DNA from: Phaeosaccion multiseriatum | Lineage: Eukaryota; Protista; Ochrophyta, other classes | Assembly (NCBI GenBank): GCA_965112735.1 | Contig: OZ218955.1 | Coordinates: 1,116,001 to 1,180,000 of the forward strand | Reading direction: 5' to 3' | Length of the DNA stretch: 64,000 nucleotides | In this document: positions 28,218 to 40,392 of the stretch, in pieces | How the letters are laid out: each line of letters begins with the position of its first letter | Numbering within the stretch: the first letter of the stretch is position 1 | Program-made: the position numbers and the translations under genes | Notes under the pieces: generated by a model | Seen by the model: the letters and a program-made list of their open reading frames with translations, nothing else | What the model was told of the DNA's origin: nothing | Database searches by the model: none

Positions 28218-29990
28218 CCCCCCCCCCCCTTCTTTTTTTTCCCTTTACTTCTGCAGGCCGAATTTGATACCCCTCTCGGACCGAAACCAACATGGAAGCC
28301 AAACACGCGACGGAACGAGGAGATGCCAATTGTGACGTTTCAACTTCTTCAGGGTCTCCTCATCTCCAACAGCACCAGCTCTCTTCATGCACGCACCCAC
28401 CAGCACCAGCTCTCTTCATGCACTCACACTTCCCGTAACATCTTATGCCCGGCCTTGTCTTTCTACTTCCGACCGTACGAAGCGGTACGTCTCCTCACAC
28501 CGCCTCTCTGCAAAGGCTCTCCTCATCCTCCTCCTCCTTGGCGACATCATTGATTGCTCAAGCTGTGTCCTCCAAGGGTGCCTTTTTCGCTGGACAAAAG
28601 AAGGGGTCAGAGTGGACTGCCCCTGTCAGCCTGGCATATGCCAAGTATATTTCTCATATGTCAAATAACTACTCTGTCATGCTGCGAGTACATGAGCTGA
28701 CAGAGCATACATACATACTATCTTAGGCCTCTTCCTCATCCCCTCCCACGCCTTTCCCTTCCTCCCTGTGCCCCTCCCACTTGAACCGAATCCAAGTACC
28801 CTGCCCCTCCCTCCATTTCAACATTCGTTTTTAACCATTTACTTCTCTGCCCCAGAGCAGTCGCTGCTGCTCTCAAGCCTCCCTCATTGGGCGGCCGAAA
28901 AGGCTCCCAGTGTTCTCTCTCTCATTGGGTCCAAAAGGTTCCCAATCCTACACGCCTCTCTCCTCCAGAAAATGCTCTGGAGGACTCTCCGCTCACCACA
29001 CCGCCACGACGGCAACCGCTGCCACTACTACTACGACTGCTGCCACTGCTCGCAAATCCCCGCCCACTACTCCCTTCACAAACCCTCCCAGCTTCTCAAA
29101 TAGCCATCGCGGTACCCCCATTACAGCCCTCAGCACCCCTCCTGCTCCTCCCGACGCTCCACCTGAATCAGCGGCCTGTGAGGCACTCTGTAGGAGCAAG
29201 GTACAGGGAGGGGCGGGGGTGGAGAAGGAGGGAAGAGGAGGAGGAGGAGGAGGAGGAGGAGGAGGAGGAGGAGGAGGAGGAGGAGGAGGAGGAGGAGGGA
29301 GCAGGGAGCAGGAGGCCGCGCAAAGGACGCCTCAGGGCCAAAAGAAAGAGCAAGGACTGTTCGGCCACACAACGAGTAAGTCTGTCCCCATGAAACCCTT
29401 GCTCCCACCCCCGTCTATACATAAAACACCTCCCTCGCCTCCCACGAGCGCTGAACGTTACGCTTCGATACGTCGCTCCTGGACGTTCGCATGTACCCTT
29501 GGCCCTTACCTCCGCCACAGATGGGGGATCTGAAGGTGTGCACATTGGCATTGTGGAAAGGAGGCAGGCAGGGCGGTTGTCTTGTCAGTGAGCCAGTTGG
29601 AAAGGAGGCAGGCCGGACAGTTTTCCAGTCAGGGAGGACAGTTGTCGAGTCAGTGAGTCAGATCATGCCCAGATTGGGTCACAGGTGGTCAACAGGACGA
29701 CATATCACAAGCTACCCAAAGCAGGCCGCCACCCTACCCAAACCACAGCGAGTCCCCATCCCCCTTTTTCACGACTTATGGTGTGGGGCCAAGTACACTA
29801 ACTGCCCGACTGCCCGGCCGGAGCGGATGAGACGTTCTTTGCCGCTGCTCGCACACACAAAAGAAGGATGGAGCGTTCTTTGCCGCTCCTCACACGCACA
29901 CATATATGCAGTCAATTGGGCTCTCGGCCGGGAGTTGCTACTCTACTTATATACTTGGAAAGACCCTTTGAGGCAGAGCCAACACTGTCC

Positions 29991-30354
29991 TCAGTGAAAG
30001 TCAGCACCTTTGACTGAGCAAAACATGTACCCCGACCACTCCCCACTTATTGCTTCTTACTTACCCGAGAGCTTGTTGTTCCACAGGTGTAGGTGTACCA
30101 AGTTTGAGAGCTGACGAAGCTCGGCCGGAATGGTCCCTGTGGGGAGGAGGAGATGGGGAGAAGTTTCAGTTGCTTTGGCCATGTTTACACACCCCACATC
30201 TCAATTGCAGTCCGCTGCTCATTCGAGGGTCGCTGCTATCAACTTCTTACCAGAGAGCTGATTGTCACGGAGAGACAGGCATGTCAGCTTGGACAGATGG
30301 CCCAGCCTCGGTGGAATGGAGCCTGTGGAGGGGATGGAGAGTTAGTTCTTCCGT

Positions 30355-30391
<37 letters not shown>

Positions 30392-31607
30392 AATCCTTGC
30401 AAAGTGGGCGCCGAGGCTTGCTACCACTTACCAGAGAGCTGGTTGCCGCCGAGACCCAGGAACTCCAGATTGGACAGTTGGCCAAGCTCCAGCGGAATTT
30501 CCCCTGCGTAGGAGGACAGGGAGAGGACTTTGGTCACACCACTATCACGTGAAGTAAGTGGGGGCGCCGAGGGGTTCAAGCACTTACCGGAGAGCTGGTT
30601 GTCACCCAGGCCGAGGATTTCCAGACTGGAGAGCTGGCCAAGCTCCGGCGGAATGGCTCCTGCCGAGAGAGAGAGAGAGAGAGAGAGATGGAAAGCTCGT
30701 TGGTCACACCACTTTCAAGCAAAGTGGGCGATTGCCGTGCCACTTACCGGAGAGCTTGTTATCACTGAGACCCAGGACCGTCAGCTTGGAGAGTTGACCA
30801 AGCTCGGGCGGTATGGTTCCTGCACGGGGCGGATAGAAAGCTTTTTGGTCACACCGCTTATCAAGCATTGCAAAGTGGGTTGCCAGCACTTACCAGAGAG
30901 CTTGTTGCCTCTGAGATCCACTTCTACCAGATAAGACAGCTGGCCAATCTCCGGTGGCAGGGTTCCTGTGGGGCGTACGGGAGAGGTCTTGGCTCACACC
31001 GATATCAAGTGAAGAGGGTACCGAGAGTTGCTGCCACTTACCAGAGAGGAGATTTTTGTTGAGATAGAGACATGTTAGACTGTATAGTTGGCCAAGCTCC
31101 GGCAGAAGGCGCCCTGAGGAGGGGGAAGGGGAGGACATTTCGTGCTTCGATTAGTGGTGCCACTGAACCGCCTGGGAGCCGAAGCTAAGCAGCTTCCACC
31201 ACCACGACTTATATCAACACATAGAGCTGCCGACTACGAAACTACGGAAAGGTATACGCAGACAGCACTCACTACAAACATCCACCTCGCTCGTGGTGAA
31301 ACTTTCCGAGAGCACGCGACTCCTTCCTACCAAAGAATTCACCAATGCTTTCATCCAACCCTGATCCTTCATCTTCACATGCAGCGTCACCAGACCGTGC
31401 CTTCTTACCTACGAGCCCATTGTTATCCAGGTCCAGCTTCACCACGACATTGTTCTCCACCACAACATTGTGCCAGGCCTCCAGAGGGGCCTCGGTGCCC
31501 CATCCCTTGCTTTCATTCCAGCGCCCTTCTTCTCCATTTTCTTGGCCGCTTGTGGCGACGAATAACAAGGAGAGGACCCTCCTCTGATTCTCCAGTATGT
31601 CAGCCAT
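29991..31607 (-). CDS. Leucine-rich repeat protein (plant-specific 24-aa LRR class) with N-cap; one LRR per exon
   Basis: N-cap exon 31607-31409 (LSLLFVATSG..W..GW..PLEAWHNV..VVKLDLDNNGL). Seven phase-1 exons of exactly 72 nt: 31113-31042, 30965-30894, 30819-30748, 30659-30588, 30503-30432, 30322-30251, 30136-30065 (consensus G.IPPELGQLS.L..L.L..N.LS). Terminal exon 30007-29991 is tentative; alternative start at 31721. Confidence 0.88.
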
Positions 31608-31772
31608 CCATCCGGTTGTAGACAGTAGGGCGGTGTGGTGTTCGGCAAAAAAAAAATATGCCTCTCGGGCGATATTCGGATTCAAAATTTCAATTTCCGT
31701 TTCGGCACATTGGCCCGACATCGGATCAAATCCATCCTTCTCTTTTTTTTTTCACGACACCAACAGATGGAG

Positions 31773-34700
31773 TCATAGGCCCTTGAGCAGCGAGCCTTCG
31801 ATGAGCTCGTCAAGCCCCCCCTCCAGTACGGCTTTGACGTTGGATATCTCCACAGAGGTTCGGTGGTCCTGTGGCCGGGATCAGAGCGGCAGGTAGTGCC
31901 AGAAGGGCCAGGAATGTTGGGATCAGAGAGAGAGTGTCAGGGTCAGAGTGGACAGGGATAAGATTAAGGTTAATGTCAGGGTCAAGGTCAGAGTCAGAGA
32001 CAGGGTCAGGGTCAAGTTAAGGGTCAGCAGCACACACACGCAGGCGAGCATAAATAACAAAACTATATAGATACGGGAGAGTGATAAGTGTTGAAACTCC
32101 TCTACTTCTTACAGACTCGTGTACACTTGAGCTATTTGCGCCCCGGCGGGAGAGGAGGGGAGAAAGTGGTGGTAGGACAGGGTCGAGTGCCTCCTCCCAC
32201 AGCCCCCCCTCGCCCACCCTCTCACACCCCCCGCCCCCCTACGTACACAGACGCACCTTAACAAGGGAGTAGGGCGAGAGCACGTAGCTCCTAATCTGGT
32301 TACCCCATTGGTTGTCCCCCAGGCTCTCCGTGTATTGCCTCCTCCTGTTTCGCTCTTCATCGAGCTGGAGGGCGAAGAGCTTTCCACGAAGCACGCTCAC
32401 GGCTGATTCGCGGTTCCGGTGCTGACTTCTCTCGTTCTGACATGTCACCACAAGGCCTTCGAAAAGGCGCCAAAAGGGAGGGAGGGGGGGGGAGAGAGAA
32501 AGAGAAGGAGGGAGAGAGAAAGAGGGAGAGAGAGAGGGAAAGGGAGGGAGCGAGAGAGGGAGGGAGAGAGAGAAGGGGGTGGGAGAGAGGGACAGGGCGG
32601 ACGGAAGAGAGAGTATGTGTGTGTATGTGTGGGCGGTGGGACGAGGAGAAACGAGAGGAGAGGAGAGGAGAGGGGAGCAGAGCAGAGCAGAGCAGAGGAG
32701 AGGAGAGAGGAGAGGAGACGAGAGAGGTTAATTAGTCCACCAAGAGTGGCGGTGGGAAGCACAGAGTGGCCTGACAAAGCGCAAACTGTGGAGCCTGCCA
32801 CACCACACCGAGCCCGTGAATTACGTAATCTTACATACATACAAAAGAGAACCTTGGCGGGAATGGTGCGGAATAGAGTGTTGCCCTCCTGCCTCTCTGC
32901 TCGTCTCTACCTCTCTCTCCCTCTCTCTCCATCTCTCATGCCCTCCCCCTCCCTCTCCTTCTCTCTCTCTCTCTCACCCGTGGGCAGGTGCGTAATTCGG
33001 ACGGCGCTGTCCGTTGTGTTGACATGCTGACCGCCCGCGCCCTGTGCCTTCATCGTGTCAATCTGGGATTCATCGAAACCAGCAGCAGCAACACCACCAG
33101 CAGCAACAACAACAGCAGCAGCAGCAGCAACAGCAGGAGGAACAGGGGAAGGAGGAGGATTACTAGGAGGGAGGCTATGTGAAAGTAAGCAGGGATGTAC
33201 GGAGGCGAGAGAGCTAGACAGAGAGAGAGAGAGACATACGAGAGAGCAGAGAACAGAGAGAGAGCTAAAAAGAGGTGGCGCCGCGGTAACGTGCCTTGAG
33301 GTCCCCGGGGGCGATTTCGATGCTCTTGGCGCCGCCGCCTTCGGAGTTGTCCAGTAGAGGCAGCACTCGCACCTGAGTACACAACGAGGACAGATCCGAG
33401 GGTGGGTGGCGAGGGGAGAGGCAAGGGGATCCAGGTCAGACATGCCCAGCGGGTGCTTGCTATACACTCGACGAGGGTATATGCTAGGCGTGCTATGCAC
33501 TCCATTGTTTGCCTTTGGAGAGTGAAGGGAGAGCAATTGGCCCGTCAGCGCATGGAGAGGCGGTGAGTGAGTGAGTGAGTGAGTGACTCACTGACTCACT
33601 GTCTGATTTACTGACTGAATGCCTGCCTCACTGACTGACTCATGGACTGACTGACTGACTGACTGACTATACTGACCTGAGCAAAGGAGGTGTGTCTCCT
33701 GCCGGCCTGATCGTATGGCGACTGTCGCACGAGCCGATGCACTCCTGCCTCCGTGCGCAGCCAGCCGTACGCTTGGGGGCCCTCCACCTACATGTGGTTG
33801 TGCAGTCCGATGTATGACAAGGTGTAGGTACCAGACAGCAAGCAAGAGGAGGGGTGGAGGGTAGGGGGGTTAGAGCATCGAGTGTGCTCGGTGTACACTG
33901 GTAGCAACAGAGTATAAGACGAAAGCAAACACGGAGAGGATGACGCCCAGAAGAACGCCTCGGGGAGAGGAGGAAGGGGGAGCGGGAGGGAGAAGGAGGA
34001 GGACGGGGAGGAGGAGGAGGAATAAGAGGAGGAGGAGGAGGAGTAGGAGGAGGAGGAGGAGGAGGAGGAGGAGGAGGAGGAGGAATAAGAGGAGGAGGAG
34101 GAGGAGGAGAAGGAAGACGAGGAGGAGTTCGTGGTGGTGGAAGGGGGGGAGGAGGAGGTTCTGGTGGAGTGACTGACCTTAATGGTGGCGTTCTTTACTC
34201 CGTCGTCGCTCGGGCTGGACGTCACCTCCGTGACCAGAAAGCCTCTGCTCGCCCCCCACCTGCCACACCAGTACATACGCCCCAGGGGGGAACAAAAAAG
34301 GGAGGCATGTAAGCCCCAAAGAACAACAAAGACTAGGGGGAATATACGCCTGCGTGTCGGCTCTCCCTCCCTCCCTCCCTCCCTCCCGCCCCTCCCCTCC
34401 TTCTCACCTGCTGTACATGTTGAGCAGCATTTTTGCCCAATCGCAGCTCTCGGCCCCTCCCGCCCCGGCCAGCACTTCCACAAAGGCGCTGCTCTGACGG
34501 GCTTGCGCCTCACACGCCTCCGCCTCTGGATCCACCTCCACGGACTGCTCTGAGTCTGAACCCCGTCCACCACCACCACCACCACCACCACCACCACCAC
34601 CACCACCACCACCACCACCACCATCACCACCACCACCAACGATGCTACGAGTACTGCTCAGCAGGGCTTCCAGCTTGAGGCGACGCGCGGTGGACAGGAG

Positions 34701-34902
34701 AGAGGTCATCTAGCGAGGGGCATGAGTGGCCCGTAGTGGAAGGGGAGGCAAAAGGGGGAGACGCGCAGAGACGCAGGCAGGGTTGGATACAACCTTACAA
34801 CTTAGAACTACGGTTCCGGGCCGTCTATGACAATCCAAGACGGGAGGGAGGACCAGGGTCGGTGAAGACGAGCAACGGTCAGTCGAGAGCAGATCCTCTC
34901 TA

Positions 34903-34949
<47 letters not shown>

Positions 34950-35888
34950 CTGTGTCCGTGCCCCTCCCCCCCGGCTATAGGACACCAGAGCACACGCACC
35001 GTTTCCCTACACTCATGCACAAGCTCTTGCTCGCCCTCCTCTCTGGCAAGCTCGTACATCTCCCTGCAGTTGGACAGCGCTGCGCTGAGGTCAGTCAAAG
35101 CGGATAGGCTGGCCGAGAGCGTCGCCTGTTTGGGGGAAGAAGGTGGGGAGGGTGTAAGAGGGGCTTGTTAGGTAGTGGTAGACTGGATGGGTGGGATGTG
35201 TCTCATACTCCTTTCAAGGCTTTCCTCTACAAGATGCGTGTGTAATGGTTGTGAGACGCTACAATCGAGACAGGATCAAAAGCATAGCTTCATCTTGCCC
35301 GGTCTACACTCTCTCACTCTCTCGCCCTCTCGCTCACCCCCCCCGCCTACTCGCCTGCTCTTTAAGCAGCCTGTTCGCTTCTCTGGTGTCCTCCCCGTCG
35401 AACAGCGCCGGGGAAGAGGTGATCTCCTCCAGCTCTCTCAGGCGGACCTCCATGGCTGGCAGGCCCATCTTACCAGCCACGACTTCTAGGCAGTTCTCTA
35501 TGGAGCGACACGCGTCCTCAAACGTCGTTGGTGTGGAGGAAGAGGTGCCCGTAATCTCAGCCCCTCTTCCTCCTCCTCTCTCTTGTGCAGTAGCAGCAGC
35601 AGTGCTGTGGAAGCCGGCCACCGCTACTCGTGACTTCCCTACTGGAGGTGAGGTGTGCCGCACCGAGGGGAAGAGGATGGCCTTGTCCAAGGAGCAGGAC
35701 GAGGATGATGGCGACCATGGCCTCCTTCTCCTCCTCCCGCCCTGCAAATCCTTCCCTGCTCCTGTTGTTGTCGCAGCTGCTGCTGTTGCAAGTGAGGTTG
35801 AGGAGCGCGCATCCCTGCGGCTGTGGCGTGGGATCCGGCAGCCGCTCAAGCAATACCGTCCTCCCGCAGCAATCCTGGCGTGAGCCAT
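31773..35888 (-). CDS. prfB: Organellar (likely mitochondrial) peptide chain release factor 2
   Basis: Spliced product contains [42 protein letters not shown] (RF2 SPF-type motif, here SPY), [53 protein letters not shown]. Arg/Ser-rich N-terminal presequence with no signal peptide. Confidence 0.93.
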
Positions 35889-36198
35889 AGAGCCGCTCAA
35901 CTCTACTGCCCAAAGATCTGTGTCCGTGTGTCAGTATGTCAATGAATCTGTGAACTGAAGAGCCAACACGTGAACCACCCGATCGATCGGGACTAATGTG
36001 TAATAGTTCCCACTCCCCTTCCCCAAGCAGCGGGAGGATGAATAGCTTGTGAATCTCGTGCTAAACCATTGCGCAATGGCGATCCACCGGAGCGAAGTCG
36101 ATGAAATAGAAGGGGGGAAGAGAGAGCACGTGAGCCCGTCCAGACGACGCAGACTTTGTAGCGGCGAAGGCCTTCATTCCCCCACTGAGTCCTCATGG

Positions 36199-37319
36199 AT
36201 GAGTGACGATGGAGACGGTGACGTCGGTATCAAATTGAAGGCTACCACTCGGAAGGGTTGGAGCCGCATTGATGGCGACGATAGAAGTGTAGGCCAGAGA
36301 GCCCCTGAATACACCTCTTGGAGACATGAGATCCCGGATCTTCAGCGCTTGGCGGTGCCCATCGTTATTACTAGCTCACTGTCCTTTGGCTTGGCCGTCA
36401 CTGACATGGTAAGGATGTGCGTGTTCTGTCCAAGCAAGGCACGAGATGACCAGGACCTGCCGACTTCCCCTTCTCATGACCTTCCCTACCTACCCTACTG
36501 CAGGAGGCATCTCCTGCCCTTCCCTTCGCTTTCCCTTCTCATCCCCCCCCTCCCCCCATATCTCTCGCTCCCTTCTCACCGTGTCGCCTCAGGTCATGGT
36601 TGGTCAGCTGTTGGGCACGGAGGACCTCGCCATTGTCGGTCTGGGCAACTCCGTTTTCAATCTCGCCTACAACTTCCTCATGGGCGTGGCCACAGCCCAG
36701 GACACGCTGTGCAGTCAGTCCTTCGGCGCCGGTAATCATGCCGCCGTGCTGGCATGGAGCTTCACATCTCTCGTGGTGCTGTCTGGCATGGGCTTTGCCT
36801 CCGCGCTTGTCCTGTGGTACTCAGACGTTGTCGCCTTCTCCATCATGAAGCAGACGGAGGAATTCGCAGCACGGGTGGGGCTGTTTTGCAGGTACGCTAG
36901 TACCTCTATCGGGCTATGCGAGAGTGTGCGAGAGGGCTGGAAATTCGGACTGAAGCTCAATCTTCGGCCTCTACACCCTCTCCATCACCCCCTCCCTCCT
37001 CGTCTCCCGCCTCGCCTCCCTCCCTCGCCCCCCCCCTCTTTATCTCCGTCTCTTTCTGATCTACTTTAATCTCTCTCGCCCTTGCCTGCCTCCATCCTTT
37101 CTCCTCATCCTCCTCCTTCCACACTACACTCAGATTGCTGATTCTAGGCCTCCCTGCTCACGTTTGGACTCAGCCACTGCAAAAGGTACGACACTGTGTA
37201 TAGCGCCCCCCTTCTGCTGCAACTTGGGAGTATTCCCGCCTGCCTACTGACCAATGCCCGCATCTCTTGTTGTGTTTTCGTATTTCTCTTCCAGTCGCTC
37301 CAAGCGTGGAGAACATGTG

Positions 37320-37386
<67 letters not shown>

Positions 37387-40090
37387 AAGGTGTCTTGAGA
37401 AGAGGGCCAAGGTTGAGCCATGTAGTCCGAGCACAATCAGGGCCTTCCCCCATTCTTCCCACGTTTCGCCTCTCTCTTCCCCTGTACCTCTTGTGCCGCC
37501 CCCGGTCACCCCCTCACCCCCCCCCCTCCTCCCGCCCCTCCCACTATACCCTCCTTACTATCGCACCTTTCAGGCATTGCAGGCTCGTAACATTGTGCGG
37601 CCTCCGTTAGTCATGGGTTTCGTGGCCTTTGTCTTTAACATTTGGTCCAACTATGCCTGCATCAAGTCCCTCGGATTTGTAGGCGCGCCCATTGCCACTT
37701 CAGTCAGCAGATGGCTGCAGCTGTTCATGGTGACTGGGTACTGGTGGTGGCACCGGGGCGCCCTCCTCCTCCTGTCACCACCACCCCCACCGCCACCAAC
37801 ATCGCGCTCCTCCTCTTTCTCCTCCGCGTGGAATGGAGGCGAGACTGAGCTGGTGGGGGGGTTGGAGGCCTTCGGAGAAGTTGGCGACGAAGGAGGAGGA
37901 GAAGAAATGAGCAAGCAGCGAGCGGAGGAGGGGGTGGAGGAGATACAGCCCTCGCCACCTACTAGCACCACCAGCACCACCAGCACCAGCAGTGACAGCA
38001 GCAGCAGTGGCAAGAGCAGCAGCACAAAGATCCTCCGGGCCGCTATGTCTGCATCTGTGAGCAAGGCCAGCCTTGTGACCTTTCTGACCATGGGTCTGGC
38101 CGGAGGGGTGATGATGTCGCTGGAAATGTTCTCGTATGAGATAACGACGGTCTTCGCGGGTATGCTGTCCACGGCCAAGCTCGACGCACACTTGGGTAAG
38201 TGTGGGCGTGCACGCCCGCAGTTCCAACCACCTCTCTCCCCTGCCATGACCTACCCCATCTCCCAGTCATGACCTGCCCTGTCCTGCCCTATTCATTCAA
38301 GCTCACCCACATCACCACACCCCACCCTCACCCCCACCCCGCTCTCCCCCCTACAACCCCTTGCCACCTCTTCAAACAACAAAACCAGCCCTCATGACAG
38401 TTGTGGCGTTCACGTACATGTCCGTTCCGTTTGGACTATCCATGGCGGCGGCCATTCACGTGGGTAACCTGCTGGGCAGCGGACAGCCGCAGCGCGCTCG
38501 TAAGGCCTCCGTCATCGTCATTGGCATGAGCTTTGCCTATATGCTTCTATGCTCGGTGATTGTTACTGTCTTTCGGGACGATGTGGGCGTGCTGATGGTT
38601 TCTGATGCCCGTGTGCTTGAGCTGGTGTCCAAGATTGCGCCCATCGGAGCTCTCAATCAGGTGGGTATGTAGGTGGGTATGTAGGTGGGTATGTAGGTGG
38701 GTATGTAGGTGGGATATGTAGGTGGGTATGTAGGTGGGTATGTAGGTGGGTATGCAGGTTGGTATGTAGGTGGGTATGTAGGTGGGTATGTAGGTGGGTG
38801 TGTAGGTGGGTATGTAGGTGGGTATGTAGGTGGGTATGTAGGTGGGTATGTAGGTGGGTATGTAGGTTGTTATGTAGGTGGGTATGTAGGTGGGTATGCA
38901 GGTGGGTATGAAGGTGGATAGGTGGTGGGTATGTAGGTGGGTATGTAGGTGGGTATGTAGGTGGGTATGTAGGTGGGTATGCAGGTGGGTATGTAGGTTG
39001 GTATGTAGGTGGGTATGTAGGTGTATGTAGGTGGGTATGTAGGTGGGTGCGTAGGTGAGTATGTAGGTGGGTATGTAGGTGGGTATGTAGGTGGGTATGG
39101 AGGTGGGTATGGAGGTGGGTATGTAGGTTGGTATGTAGGTGAGATGTAGGTTGGTATGTAGGTGGGTATGTAGGTGGGTGTGTAGGTGGGTGTGTAGGTG
39201 AGTATGTAAGCGAGTGGGGATGGGAGGCGAGGGATAGTAGGGTATACAGGATATCGCATAGAGTGGCCAAACGGCAAGCATCCAGTCCAGGGGATGGGGG
39301 GGTGGATGGTCTTCGTCAGTGTCTCACTGTCTCGCGCTCGTCCCTTCTCTCTTCTCTCTCCTCGCCCTGCCCCCCCCCCCCCCATCCCCATATCCAGCAG
39401 ATGGCAGATGGCATCCAGGGGGCCACGCAGGGGGTTCTACGAGGCATGGGCAAGCAGCACTTTGTGGTGTTGGCCAACTTGGGCGGGATGTGGTGCACAG
39501 GAGTAAGCCTGGGCTGGTGGCTGACCTTTGAGGCTGGGTTGGGTCTACAGGGCCTGTGGTGGGGCATCTGCGCGGGCGTGGTGGTGACTTGTGTCCTCCT
39601 CCAGATCAAGTTCTGGGGCGCTGATTGGGAGGAGGAGAGTCGGCAGGCCATAAGCAATGCTTCTCAGATTGACTCGACAGACTCGGAGAAGGTGGTGGTG
39701 GTGGGGGTGGACGATGAAGGAGGGCTTCCGAGTCGAGGAGAAGGAGAAGGAAAAGGCACACGTCAGTCACCGTCCTCTCCTCTCCGAAGCCTCAAGCGAC
39801 GGGCTGCTGGGAGGGATGTGCTCGGAGCGTACGCCAAGGTGGGGGAGGGAGAAGACCAAGGTGAAGAGAAAGAGGAAGAGGGAGCAGCAAGTCGGGTGGT
39901 CGGTGGTCTACGGACTGAGGTCGAGGAGGAGGGGGAGGAGGGGGAGTTTGTGAGGATAGCACCGTCTAGATTAGAGCCCACACCGCGGCAGCCGCACCAG
40001 CAGCAGAGGGGTGCACGCAGGACGGCGGAGGAGGTACAGGAGGGAGGGGAAGGTCAGGTGGCCGTGGCAGGACATCGCCACCTGCTGTAG
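36199..40090 (+). CDS. MATE-family (DTX/NorM-like) efflux transporter
   Basis: MVGQLLGTEDLAIVGLGNSVFN..MGVATAQDTLCSQSFGAGN, LGFVGAPIATSVS, GVMMSLEMFSYEI, PFGLSMAAAIHVGNLLGSG, DGIQGATQGVLRGMGKQ, GLQGLWWG; about 6 exons. Confidence 0.93.
38661..39205 (+). repeat. (GTGGGTATGTAG)n 12-bp G-rich minisatellite starting exactly at a MATE intron donor
   Basis: About 45 units directly visible after CAG|GT at 38660/38661. Confidence 0.95.
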
Positions 40091-40392
40091 ATAGAGAAGA
40101 CGTCTCTCGATAATACACCTCCCGGAATTAAAATGAGTTGCTTCTTCTCTTGACCTGTGCGTATACCTTGGGAAAGCATTGGATGTGCATATGTTTTTGG
40201 GTGTGTGCGCGTGTCGTCCTTGTGTGAGTGTGTGTGTGTGCGTCTCGTCCTTGTTTGTCTGCGTTTGTGTGGGTGCGTGCGTGTCTCCCCAATTTTTTTG
40301 GCGGGTGACCTTTTTCCACCCTCGCTCCGTGATCAGTATATAGCCCCTAAAATATGAAAATTATTCATGCAAAGCACAAAGAAGGAGAAAGA

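Noticed and set aside
28768-29997. Possible + strand gene (donor ~29376, acceptor ~29520)
   Set aside because: No convincing start, domain or consistent frame; cannot be supported without transcripts.
31773-35888. Bacterial-type programmed +1 frameshift in prfB
   Set aside because: Frame changes are explained by spliceosomal introns; no CTT-TGA slippery site is needed.
38547-39391. (HTHL)n / (PTYP)n / (YVGG)n ORFs resembling structural proteins
   Set aside because: Translations of the 12-bp intronic minisatellite in the MATE gene.
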